Assembly (NCBI GenBank): GCA_902803375.1
Contig: CADCPN010000002.1
Span: forward strand, 111,755-175,754
DNA: 64,000 bases
From: an uncultured Erysipelotrichaceae bacterium
GTDB taxonomy: Bacteria > Bacillota_I > Bacilli_A > RFN20 > CAG-826
Direction: 5' to 3'
Shown here: piece after piece, positions 26,023-38,153 of the stretch
How positions within the stretch are numbered: position 1 is the stretch's first letter
Layout of the letters: every line of letters starts with the position of its first letter
Notes under the pieces: generated by a model
Told to the model about the DNA's origin: nothing
The model's input: only the letters and a program-made list of their open reading frames with translations
Database searches by the model: none
Position numbers and translations under genes: made by a program

Positions 26023-27303
26023 TTACTTCTTGATCGGCTTGATGACGGACATGCCACCCATCCATTTGCGGAGGACTTCCGGAATGACGATGGAGCCATC
26101 TTCCTGCTGATTCTGCTCAACGAGAGCCGGGAAGACACGGGAGGTAGCAAGGCCGGAACCGTTGAGGGTATGGCAGAACTTGACCTTTCCGTCTTTGTCC
26201 TTGTAGCGGACCATGCCGCGGCGGGCTTGGTAGTCACGAGCGTTGGAGACAGAAGAGACTTCCTTGAAGATGCCCATGGACGGGATCCAGACTTCGATGT
26301 CATAGGTGCGGGCCATGGAGTGGCTGCAGTCACCAGCGGCGAGCTTGTCGAGCTGGTAGGTTAGGCCTAGGCCTTCGAGGAGGCGCTGAGCCTTCTTGAC
26401 CATTTCGTCGAAGGCGGCATCGCTGCCCTCTTGCGTGGTGTACTGGACCATTTCAACTTTGTTGAACTGGTAGCCACGGATCATGCCACGCTCCTCGGTG
26501 CGGTAGGAGCCGGCTTCCTTGCGGTAGCACGGGGTATAGGCGAAGTACTTCTTCGGGAGGTCATTCTCCTCAAGCATCTCATTGCGGTGGAGGTTGACGA
26601 GAGCGGTCTCGGCGGTCGGGAGGATGAACTTGCGCGGTTCAACGCCTTCGAGCCAGAAGACATCTTCTTCGAACTTCGGAAACTGTCCAGCGGTGTAGCC
26701 GGATTCGTAGTTAAGGATGTGCGGCGGGAGAATCATCTCATAGCCATCAGCGAGATGGTTCTCGATGAAGTAGTTGAGGAGAGCCCATTCAAGGCGGGCA
26801 CCGAGGTTGGTGTAGATCCAGGTGCCGGTACCGGAGATCTTGGCGGCTCTTTTATAGTCGATTAGGCCGCAGGATTCGCATAGCTCAACGTGGTTCTTCG
26901 GGGTGAAGGAGAATTCCTGCTTCTTGCCGAAGGTATAGATCGGGGTGTTGTTTTCTTTGCCGCCCGGGAGCAAATCGTCATCCGGAAGGTTCGGGAGAAC
27001 TTCGACGAGGGCTTTGAGTTTGGCTTCGGTCGCGGCAAGCTCTTCTTCGCTTTCCTTGTTCTCGGCAGCGAGAGCTTTAACCTTGGCGAAGATGGCCTTG
27101 ACGTCACCGCCTTCTTTCTTAACCGTCGGAACGGACTTGGAAAGCTTGTTCTGCTCAGCCTTGTTGTTCTCGACTTTCTTGAGGAGCTCGAGGCGTTTGG
27201 CGGAGAGTTCCTGGATTTCGGTGGGGTCAAATTCCCAGAGTTTCTTGGCGAGGGCCGCTTTGACGTATTCCGGCTTCTCGAGGATCAATTTGATATCAAC
27301 CAT
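26023..27303 (-). CDS. serS: serine--tRNA ligase
   Basis: N-terminal coiled-coil arm followed by class II core motifs (...YRTEERGMIRGYQF..., ...TLNGSGLATSRV...). Confidence 0.95.
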   Translation of the reverse strand: MVDIKLILEKPEYVKAALAKKLWEFDPTEIQELSAKRLELLKKVENNKAEQNKLSKSVPTVKKEGGDVKAIFAKVKALAAENKESEEELAATEAKLKALVEVLPNLPDDDLLPGGKENNTPIYTFGKKQEFSFTPKNHVELCESCGLIDYKRAAKISGTGTWIYTNLGARLEWALLNYFIENHLADGYEMILPPHILNYESGYTAGQFPKFEEDVFWLEGVEPRKFILPTAETALVNLHRNEMLEENDLPKKYFAYTPCYRKEAGSYRTEERGMIRGYQFNKVEMVQYTTQEGSDAAFDEMVKKAQRLLEGLGLTYQLDKLAAGDCSHSMARTYDIEVWIPSMGIFKEVSSVSNARDYQARRGMVRYKDKDGKVKFCHTLNGSGLATSRVFPALVEQNQQEDGSIVIPEVLRKWMGGMSVIKPIKK

Positions 27304-27304
27304 G

Positions 27305-28303
27305 TTATTCCTCCTGCGGTTTCAAGACCGCTTCATAGGTGGTTTTCAATGTATTCGCCTGCTTTGCGAGAGAGTACTTTTTCGCCGCGGCGTATGAGGC
27401 AATTATAGTATCCTTGCCCTTTCCGAGATAGATATTATCTATCACCTCGGCAACTTCCTGCTCGTTTTTGACCAAAAACGCAGACACGTCCTTCACGATT
27501 AGAGGGTTCAAGCTTTGATCTCCCATCGCAATGACGACGCTTTTAGAGGCAAACGCCTCGAGCAGTCCGACGCCATCTGGCAAGGAATTGAGAACCAAAT
27601 ACGCCGAGGAGCGCTCCAAGGCGCTTCTATAGACGTCGTCTTCAAGTAGCGGCGCAAACGTAAGGTTTTCGGGGGCTCTATTCTGATAGAACCTGACAAT
27701 GGCGCCCATACCAAAGCCAGCAAACCCAAAGAAATAGAAGCGGACTTGCGGGCAGAGCTTGGCAATCTTGATAAGGGAACGTAGCTTCGCGTGCTCCGAA
27801 TAGGAGCCGTTGCAGACAACGAGTTTCGTGTCTTCCCTGACGCCGAAATAGCGGTAGAAGACCTCACGCTCTAACGGCGCCAAAACAAAGCGCTCTGGAT
27901 TCACGGAAGCAGGCACGACGGCTATAGGGGCGCTCACGCCTGACTTTTCGGCGAAGTCTTTGATCCTCTCGTTGGGGACGAGGACCAAATCCGCTTCATT
28001 AAGCATGGCCTTAGCCCGCTTTTTCAAATGCATGCCCCTTCTATTTAGTTTGATAAAGGATGCATAGGGGTCTCTTTCGCAATAAAAGGCGGAGACGATC
28101 GTCTTCACGCCTTTCTCGCGGAATTTCCGCAAAAGCGCAATATCATAGGGCGAAATAAAGTGGGCGATGTCCGGATCCGAGAGTTTGTTATCGGTCCAAG
28201 TAACGTCCACTTCTTCGCACTCACCTTTGAGGTTCTTCCGCAAGCGGGTCCCCTCAAAGGCGGATTCAGCGCGTTTGGGTTTGTAATGAATGAAGACCTT
28301 CAT
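27305..28303 (-). CDS. glycosyltransferase (GT1/GT4-like fold)
   Basis: 332 aa with a GT-B-like pattern (…LVLVPNERIKDFAEKSG…, …LEAFASKSVVIA…). It is packed between gyrA (12-nt gap) and serS (1-nt gap). Confidence 0.55.
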   Translation of the reverse strand: MKVFIHYKPKRAESAFEGTRLRKNLKGECEEVDVTWTDNKLSDPDIAHFISPYDIALLRKFREKGVKTIVSAFYCERDPYASFIKLNRRGMHLKKRAKAMLNEADLVLVPNERIKDFAEKSGVSAPIAVVPASVNPERFVLAPLEREVFYRYFGVREDTKLVVCNGSYSEHAKLRSLIKIAKLCPQVRFYFFGFAGFGMGAIVRFYQNRAPENLTFAPLLEDDVYRSALERSSAYLVLNSLPDGVGLLEAFASKSVVIAMGDQSLNPLIVKDVSAFLVKNEQEVAEVIDNIYLGKGKDTIIASYAAAKKYSLAKQANTLKTTYEAVLKPQEE

Positions 28304-28315
28304 TTGGCCTTTCTG

Positions 28316-31051
28316 TTATTCGTCGACCTCATCCGGGGTAACGACTTCTTCGGCTTCGGTCCCTTCGATCACATCCGAGTCATCGACCTGTTCGGCAGGG
28401 CCTTCGCCCTCAGGGAGTCCGTCATCTTCAGCGGCATCGCTGTGCGGCATGATGGTGATGGAAGCAACCTTAGCCTTTTCATCGAGATTGATGATCTTGA
28501 CGCCCTGGGTATTGCGGGACGCTATCTTGATTTCAGAAATCGGGGTGCGGATAACGACGCCAGTGGTGGTAACGACGAGCAAATCCTCGTCTCCGACAAC
28601 GCCTCTGACGGCAATGAGCTTGCCGGTCTTTGGGGTAGCCTTGAGGGTGATGACGCCCTTCGCGCCTCTCTTGGTGAGGCGATAGCCATCATAGTGGCGG
28701 CCGTCTTCGGTAACGGTGTCTTTTGCATAGGAGATCTTGCCATAGCCTTTGTTGGTTAGGACAAGGACCTTATCGCCGTCGAATTCGCCGGTGACGCCGA
28801 CGATCTCGCTGCCGTCGCCGAGGTCCATACCTCTGACGCCAGCCGCGGTGCGGCCCATCTCACGAACATCGGTTTCATGGAAGGAAACGAGTTTGCCGTT
28901 GCTGGAGGCGAGAGAGACGATATTGTGGCCGTTGGTGCGCTTGACATCGAATAGGTCGTCGCCTTCTTTTAAACCAACGGCGATCTTGCCGTTTGCGTGG
29001 ATGGATTCGAATTCCTTAAGGGAGGTACGCTTGACGATGCCAGCCTTGGAAACGAAGAAGAGGAAGTTGTCTTCCGGATAGGAATTGCACGGAACGATGG
29101 AGACGACCTTCTCATCTTTATCTAGATTGAGGAAATTCTGGGCAGGCATGCCTTTGCCGGTTCTGCCAGAATCAGGAATCTGATAGCCGCGGAGACGGTA
29201 GACTTTGCCGAGGCTCGTGAAGAAGAGAATGTCGGTGTGGGTCTGGGTATGCTCGATGAGACGGACGATGTCGCCGCCTACGGTCTTCATGCCGGTGATG
29301 CCGCGTCCGCCGCGGTGCTGAGCTTCGAAGGTATCGTCGTCAACGCGCTTGATGTAGCCGTTTTTGGTGAGGGCGACGATGATGTTCTTCTGCGGGATGA
29401 GGTCTTCGTTGTCGATATCGGCGGCGGCGTCAGAGATCTCAGTCCTTCTCTTGTCTCCGTATCTATCTTTGAGCTCAAGTAGCTCTTTGACGAGCTGATC
29501 AACGATATTGTCTCTGGAGGAGAGGAGACGGTTGTATTCGGCAATGTTGGCTTCAAGCTGGGCCTTTTCGGCGAGGAGCTTGTCCTGCTCCATGCCTTGC
29601 AAGCGGCGGAGAGTCATCGCAAGGATGGCGTCGCACTGGGGCTGAGTGAGTCCGAAGCGGGCGTTGAGGCGGGCAGAGGACTCTTCATCGTTTTTGGAGT
29701 CACGGATGATGTGAATGACCTCGTCGATATTATCGTGAGCGAGGATCAAGCCATCGACGATGTGGAGGCGGTCGGTGTCTTTCTTGAGCAAGAACTTGGT
29801 TCTGCGGGTGATGACGGTGACCTGGAACTCAACATAGTCGTTAAGAAGAGGAACGATACCAAGGGTCTTCGGAGCGCCATCTTCCAAGCAGAGGTTGATG
29901 ATGCCGAAGTTGCTCTGGAGGGCGGTGTGCTTGAGCAAGTTGTTCGCAACGACTTCCGGGATGGTGTCTTTGCGGATGTCGATGACGATGCGGATATCGC
30001 CTTTGGAGGATTCGTCGCGGATGGCGGTGATGCCGTCGATGACCTTATCTCTGACTAGCTGGCCGATGTTCTCGACAAGCAAGGACTTGTTTACCTGATA
30101 CGGAATCTCGGTGACGATGATCTGGGATTTGCCGTTCTCAAGCTCATCGATGTGATACTTGGAGCGGACGGTAACGGTACCCGTGCCGGTGGTATAAGCA
30201 TCAAGGATGCCTTTGCGGCCAAGGATGATGCCGCCACCCGGGAAGTCCGGACCATGGAGGTAATCAGTCATGATCTCGGCCGGGGAGATATTCGGATTAT
30301 GGGCGACGGCGATGCAGGCGTCGATGGCTTCGCCGAGGTTGTGCGGGGCCATATTGGTGGCCATACCGACGGCGATACCTTGAGAGCCGTTGACGATGAG
30401 GTTCGGGAAGCGGGAGGGAAGAACTTCCGGCTCGACTTCGGTGCCATCGTAGTTCGGGACGAAGTTGACGGTATCCTTATCGATATCGCGAACCATCTCG
30501 AGAGCGAGGCGGTTCATTCTGGCTTCGGTATAACGCATAGCTGCCGGTTCGTCGCCGTCGATGGAGCCGAAGTTACCATGACCGTCGACGAGGGTGTATC
30601 TCAAAGAGAACGGCTGAGCCATACGAGCAAGGGTGCCATAAAGGGCGGAGTCGCCGTGGGGGTGATATTTGCCCATGACGTCACCGACGATACGAGCGCA
30701 CTTCTTGTGTGGCTTGTTCGGGGTGATGCCCGCTTCGTTCATACCGAAGATAATGCGGCGCTGAACCGGCTTTAGACCATCGCGGACGTCAGGGATGGCG
30801 CGGGAGACGATGACCGACATCGAATAGTCGAGGAAAGCGGTCCTGACTTCTTTGGCGACGTCGCGGTCGATTAGTCCCGGGATAATGCCGCTCTTAGCGG
30901 CTTCTTCGCCGAACATCGCGTCGGCGGATTGCTGGCCTTCATGGGATGCACCAGTAACGGTAACACCCTCATTTTCGGAGGTGCTATTTTCGTCATTGTT
31001 TCCTTCAGACTCTTCGTCTTCCAGAACTTTGTTTTCGTCGTTTTCAATCAT
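28316..31051 (-). CDS. gyrA: DNA gyrase subunit A
   Basis: AIPDVRDGLKPVQRRI, active-site AAMRYTE, beta-pinwheel C-terminal domain, and an acidic tail. A strong SD AAGGAGG lies 8 nt upstream of the ATG at 31051. Confidence 0.97.
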   Translation of the reverse strand: MIENDENKVLEDEESEGNNDENSTSENEGVTVTGASHEGQQSADAMFGEEAAKSGIIPGLIDRDVAKEVRTAFLDYSMSVIVSRAIPDVRDGLKPVQRRIIFGMNEAGITPNKPHKKCARIVGDVMGKYHPHGDSALYGTLARMAQPFSLRYTLVDGHGNFGSIDGDEPAAMRYTEARMNRLALEMVRDIDKDTVNFVPNYDGTEVEPEVLPSRFPNLIVNGSQGIAVGMATNMAPHNLGEAIDACIAVAHNPNISPAEIMTDYLHGPDFPGGGIILGRKGILDAYTTGTGTVTVRSKYHIDELENGKSQIIVTEIPYQVNKSLLVENIGQLVRDKVIDGITAIRDESSKGDIRIVIDIRKDTIPEVVANNLLKHTALQSNFGIINLCLEDGAPKTLGIVPLLNDYVEFQVTVITRRTKFLLKKDTDRLHIVDGLILAHDNIDEVIHIIRDSKNDEESSARLNARFGLTQPQCDAILAMTLRRLQGMEQDKLLAEKAQLEANIAEYNRLLSSRDNIVDQLVKELLELKDRYGDKRRTEISDAAADIDNEDLIPQKNIIVALTKNGYIKRVDDDTFEAQHRGGRGITGMKTVGGDIVRLIEHTQTHTDILFFTSLGKVYRLRGYQIPDSGRTGKGMPAQNFLNLDKDEKVVSIVPCNSYPEDNFLFFVSKAGIVKRTSLKEFESIHANGKIAVGLKEGDDLFDVKRTNGHNIVSLASSNGKLVSFHETDVREMGRTAAGVRGMDLGDGSEIVGVTGEFDGDKVLVLTNKGYGKISYAKDTVTEDGRHYDGYRLTKRGAKGVITLKATPKTGKLIAVRGVVGDEDLLVVTTTGVVIRTPISEIKIASRNTQGVKIINLDEKAKVASITIMPHSDAAEDDGLPEGEGPAEQVDDSDVIEGTEAEEVVTPDEVDE

Positions 31052-31071
31052 TTTCTAGTCCTCCTTATCCA

Positions 31072-34212
<3,141 letters not shown>

Positions 34213-34216
<4 letters not shown>

Positions 34217-34419
34217 TTCACGATCTCGAAGTCGACGCCTTCAATGACAAGGGTGTCGCCATCGCGGAGCTTTCTTCCGCGACGTTCGTCTTCTTCGCCA
34301 TTGATCACGACCTTGTGAGTTGCGAGAAACGCTTTCGCTTCTCCACCCTGATGGACAATCCCAGCGAACTTAAGGAACTGGCCGAGGGTGATGTAATCGG
34401 ACGTAATGGTAATTTTCAT
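34213..34419 (-). CDS. yaaA: S4-domain RNA-binding protein YaaA
   Basis: 68-aa S4-like protein in the conserved dnaN-yaaA-recF position. It overlaps recF by 4 nt. Confidence 0.85.
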
Positions 34420-34478
34420 TGGTTTTGCCTTTAAAAAATCAGGGATTTTTACCCAAAAGTACTTTACTACTACGTAGT

Positions 34479-34504
34479 AAAAAGCGCTAGTGTTTTCTAG
34501 CGCT
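34479..34504 (-). terminator. rho-independent terminator after dnaN
   Basis: Perfect 8-bp stem AGCGCTAG / CTAGCGCT with a 6-nt loop, followed by a T-run on the minus strand. Confidence 0.75.
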
Positions 34505-34537
34505 TTTCGGGTGGTAATTGATTAGGCTTATTTTAGC

Positions 34538-35659
34538 TCAATAAGTCCTCATCGGAGTGATGAGTTCGATGACGGAATCATCTTTGGGGTTCTTGACGAC
34601 GAACGGTCTCATTTCGGCTTGGAAGCAGATGGTCACATCCTCGGATTTCAAAGCTTTGATGGCATCAATGACGAAGAGAGAGTTGAAGGAAACTTCAAGG
34701 CGTTCGCCGCTGAATTGGAAAGTTTGGATCGGCTCATTGGCGGAACCGTTGGAATCGGATCTGGCAGAGACTTCGACGTGGTCCTCGCGCATGGAGATCT
34801 TGACGACGGACTCTTTGCCGGAAGAGAGGACGGCGACGCGGTCCATGGCGTTCAGTAGTTCCTGAGAGTTGACCTGGAGGAAGTAATTGAAGTTCTGCGG
34901 GATGATGGAGCGGGTGACCGGGTAATCGCCAGAGATAAGGCGAGAAGAAACGACGGTGTTGTCGAAGGTGAAAAGGACCTTCTTGTCGCTGACGTAGAAC
35001 GTGACGGCGGCGGAGCCTTCCATCAAATGGGTGATGTCAATGAGGGTACGAGCCGGAACGTTGGCGCGGAAGCGCACGTCAGAATCGATATGGACGCTCT
35101 TGCGCGCGAGACGGGCGCTATCGGTGGCGGTAGCGATAAGCTCGTTTTCGCCGGCCTCTAGATTAAGGGCGGTGAGAATCGGGCGCTGTTCTTTGGTGGA
35201 GGCAGCAAAGGCGCTCTGCGCGACCAGGTCTTCGAGCTGCTGGCAGTCCATGGTTAGATCGGTGCCGCTGGGCTCAAGGTCGATGTCCGGGTACTCTTCG
35301 GCGTTGGCGCAATTGAGCTTGAAAGAAGAATGGCCGTCGTCGACTTTAGCGATAGCATTGTCGATGACGTCTAAGGAGATGACGTTGCCCTCCATCTTAC
35401 GGACGATGTCCCCAAGAAGGTGCGCGTTGATTAGGGTGCTTCCCGGAACGGTGTTGGTGATGATCTGCTTGTCGCCGATCATGTAGGGGACCGTAGTGCG
35501 GATGGTAATGTCGTTGTTGGAGCCGGTAACCTCAAGGCCCTTCTCGTTAAGTTCTACTTTGAAGTTTGCGAGTAGGGGGAGAGGGCTTTTGGGGGCGATG
35601 GCCTTGCCGGCGTTGTTTAATGCTTTAAGCAATTGTTCTTTATCAACGGAAAGACGCAT
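34538..35659 (-). CDS. dnaN: DNA polymerase III beta sliding clamp
   Basis: 373 aa with a typical DnaN N-terminus (MRLSVDKEQLLKALNNAGKAI) and C-terminus (…ELITPMRTY). It lies immediately downstream of dnaA. Confidence 0.95.
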   Translation of the reverse strand: MRLSVDKEQLLKALNNAGKAIAPKSPLPLLANFKVELNEKGLEVTGSNNDITIRTTVPYMIGDKQIITNTVPGSTLINAHLLGDIVRKMEGNVISLDVIDNAIAKVDDGHSSFKLNCANAEEYPDIDLEPSGTDLTMDCQQLEDLVAQSAFAASTKEQRPILTALNLEAGENELIATATDSARLARKSVHIDSDVRFRANVPARTLIDITHLMEGSAAVTFYVSDKKVLFTFDNTVVSSRLISGDYPVTRSIIPQNFNYFLQVNSQELLNAMDRVAVLSSGKESVVKISMREDHVEVSARSDSNGSANEPIQTFQFSGERLEVSFNSLFVIDAIKALKSEDVTICFQAEMRPFVVKNPKDDSVIELITPMRTY

Positions 35660-35801
35660 AAATATTTACCTCTAAATTAATTTACGAATTAATAACAATA
35701 ATAAGGTCTGTGGATAGTGTGGATAACTCACGGAATTCGGCACTCGATTATTCTATCATGCAGGCACGGGATTTACTAAATGTTTATTTATAAATAAACG
35801 A
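35660..35801. other. oriC part II (dnaA-dnaN spacer): two tandem DnaA boxes, a trinucleotide-periodic tract and an AT-rich candidate DUE
   Basis: TGTGGATAG (35709-35717) and perfect TGTGGATAA (35718-35726). On the minus strand these are followed by GACC, then TTATTATTGTTATTAA (35689-35704), then AT-rich sequence up to dnaN. An 18-bp AT palindrome GTTTATTTATAAATAAAC lies at 35782-35799. Confidence 0.75.
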
Positions 35802-37163
35802 CTAGGAATTTAGCTTGTTTTTTATGTCGCTAATCGCCGCCACCATATCGGGGTCAGTTTTCAACGCACTTTCCACTTTTTGTACACCATTCATAACAGT
35901 GGTGTGGTCCCTGCCGCCGAACGCTTGTCCGATTTTGATAAGCGGGGTGCCGAGCAAATCGCGGTCAAGGTACATTGCGATGTGTCTTGCCATGGCGACG
36001 CGGCTGGTGCGGATCTTGGAAAGAATCTGGCTGGGGGTCAATGAGTAATAGTCGGCGACCGTAGCGATGATTTTGGTCTCGGATAGAGAGGACTTGTCTT
36101 CCTGGGCAGCGACAAGACCGCGGATTGCCTCGGTGGCGGTGGCCATGGAGATGTGCTTGGACGGAGAAACGTTAATAGAGAAGAAGATTAGGCGATTAAG
36201 GGCGCCTTCAAGCTCGCGGACGTTGCTAGAGAACTTTTGGGCTAGGAAGGAAATGACTTCGGCGTCGAAGTTTTCCGGATCAAGGCCGTTGGACTCAATT
36301 TTGGAACGGAGAATGTTTTCGCTGGTCTCCAAATCCGGTTTATCGATTGACAAAACTAGACCTTGAGCAAAACGAGATTTTAATCTCTCGTCCATGCCAT
36401 CTAGATTTCCAGGATGCTGATCGCTGGTGATGACGATCTGCTTTCCGACGGTTGCAAGAGTCTGGAATACCACGAAGAACATCTCCATGGTCTTCTTCTT
36501 TCCGACTAAGAATTGAATGTCATCGATGAGAAGAACATCAACGTCGTTGCGGAAGTAATCGACTAAGCTCTTATCCTCTTTGTAACCTTGGGCGAATTTG
36601 ATGTATTCATTAACAAAATCGCTAGCGGAAATATAGAGGATTTTTGCCTTTGGGGATTTCTCTTTAATTGCGTTCCCGATGGCGTGCAAGAGGTGAGTCT
36701 TACCTAGACCGGAATCGGAATAAAGAAGCAATGGGTTATAGAGCTGACCCGGGGTACTAGAGATCATCAAGGACGCCTGGTAGGCTTCACGGTTACTAGG
36801 ACCAACGACGAAGTTGTCGAAGGTGAATTTGGAATTGAGGTGGGAATCGGCAAAGAATTCGGGGCCTTTCACCTCTTTTTCCGGCTCGGCCTGCTTTTTG
36901 AGGTCGTCGACCGGGACGAACTTAACGGCGAAATCGGTGCCGGTGACTTCAAGGATGGCTTCATTGATCGAATCCATATACTTTTCGGTAAGCAAATTGG
37001 CGGCAAGGGAGGTGTCGGTAGCGACGATTAGGGTGTTTCCTTCCATACGATCGATTTTCGTAGAACGGAAGAAGCTGTCGTAGATTCTGGCGTCTAAATT
37101 GCCTTCGATTTTGGACAGTACTGCTGCCCAGATGTTTGTTAATTCTGTGATGGTGCGGGACAT
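35802..37163 (-). CDS. dnaA: chromosomal replication initiator protein DnaA
   Basis: Walker A GLGKTHL, Walker B LLIDDIQFL, and a C-terminal DnaA-box-binding HTH. GGAG lies upstream of the ATG. Confidence 0.97.
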   Translation of the reverse strand: MSRTITELTNIWAAVLSKIEGNLDARIYDSFFRSTKIDRMEGNTLIVATDTSLAANLLTEKYMDSINEAILEVTGTDFAVKFVPVDDLKKQAEPEKEVKGPEFFADSHLNSKFTFDNFVVGPSNREAYQASLMISSTPGQLYNPLLLYSDSGLGKTHLLHAIGNAIKEKSPKAKILYISASDFVNEYIKFAQGYKEDKSLVDYFRNDVDVLLIDDIQFLVGKKKTMEMFFVVFQTLATVGKQIVITSDQHPGNLDGMDERLKSRFAQGLVLSIDKPDLETSENILRSKIESNGLDPENFDAEVISFLAQKFSSNVRELEGALNRLIFFSINVSPSKHISMATATEAIRGLVAAQEDKSSLSETKIIATVADYYSLTPSQILSKIRTSRVAMARHIAMYLDRDLLGTPLIKIGQAFGGRDHTTVMNGVQKVESALKTDPDMVAAISDIKNKLNS

Positions 37164-37584
37164 AGGCTACTCCGCCGAAAATTATGACATTTCCACAATG
37201 AAAAAGCACGGAAATATTAGCGAAATTTAATTGTCCACAATGCAAATTAGCAAAAGTGGCATTATATGCCACTTTAACCACTTTTCCACTTTTCCACAAT
37301 GTGGATAACCTGTGGAAAAAGTAACCCTATCTTCAACATATGTGGAAAAGTTTGGAATCTACATAGTTTTACACATGTGCACAAAATGCAAAAAATTCGA
37401 TATCAACAATGCAGATTTGGAAACTCGCAAGTCTCCACAAATCTAATCCCCACTGGGTGTGGATATGATGTATTGACGAAAAAGCACCCCTAATAAAAGT
37501 TTACTGTGGTGTGGAAAACTTTTTTCCTCTTCAAAATAGGCTAAAAAACGCCGAAATACTACGTATGCGCGTGCACAATCGTTG
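37164..37584. other. oriC part I: DnaA-box cluster upstream of dnaA
   Basis: Boxes (consensus TTATCCACA/TGTGGATAA): 37231-37239 TTGTCCACA; 37290-37298 TTTTCCACA; 37300-37308 TGTGGATAA (perfect); 37311-37319 TGTGGAAAA; 37341-37349 TGTGGAAAA; 37458-37466 TGTGGATAT; 37510-37518 TGTGGAAAA. Weaker sites lie at 37189-37197 and 37431-37439. Confidence 0.85.
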
Positions 37585-37613
37585 TTGTAAGACGTAGGAC
37601 TGCCCCGTATAAT
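37585..37613 (+). promoter_or_regulatory. rpmH promoter (TTGTAA-17-TATAAT)
   Basis: -35 TTGTAA at 37585-37590, a 17-bp spacer, and -10 TATAAT at 37608-37613, 37 nt upstream of the rpmH ATG. Confidence 0.6.
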
Positions 37614-37650
37614 AGGCAACGCACCAACGCAGGAAAGGAAAATTACACGT

Positions 37651-37788
37651 ATGGGAAAGAAAACTTATCAGCCGTCCAAGATCAAGCATCAGCACAAGGC
37701 TGGCTTCCGTGCCAGAATGTCCTCCCCGACCGGCCGCAAGATCATCGCTAAGCGCCGCGCCAAGGGCCGTGTTCGTCTTGCTGACTAA
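37651..37788 (+). CDS. rpmH: 50S ribosomal protein L34
   Basis: Not in the ORF track because it is under 60 aa. Hand translation gives [56 protein letters not shown] lies upstream. Confidence 0.95.
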   Translation: MGKKTYQPSKIKHQHKAGFRARMSSPTGRKIIAKRRAKGRVRLAD

Positions 37789-37811
37789 CCTTGAACTACT
37801 CCACCTGAATT

Positions 37812-38153
37812 ATGAAAAGAGAGCTTAGGGTTAAAAAACACCAGGAGTTCGATCGGATTATTCGAGGCGGAAAGAAAATCAAGTCGCCCCATTATTCGAT
37901 TTACTTCGAGCTGGCCAGTCCGGATCAGGGTTTCACCAGAATTGGTCTGGCCATCTCGAAAGCAAATGGGCATGCCGTTACTCGCGTCCGCGAGAAACGG
38001 CAGGTTAGAGCCATGCTCGCGAAACGTTGTGAACATACTTTACCAATGAACATCATCATCGTGATCCGTCCCAGCTTTAACGAAAAGGACTATCACGCCA
38101 ACGAGGCTGAACTAAACGCCTCGCTAGATAAACTCAAGGACCTTCTACCGTGA
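37812..38153 (+). CDS. rnpA: ribonuclease P protein component
   Basis: MKRELRVKKHQEFDRIIRGGKKIKSPHYSIYF... in the conserved position after rpmH. Confidence 0.9.
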   Translation: MKRELRVKKHQEFDRIIRGGKKIKSPHYSIYFELASPDQGFTRIGLAISKANGHAVTRVREKRQVRAMLAKRCEHTLPMNIIIVIRPSFNEKDYHANEAELNASLDKLKDLLP

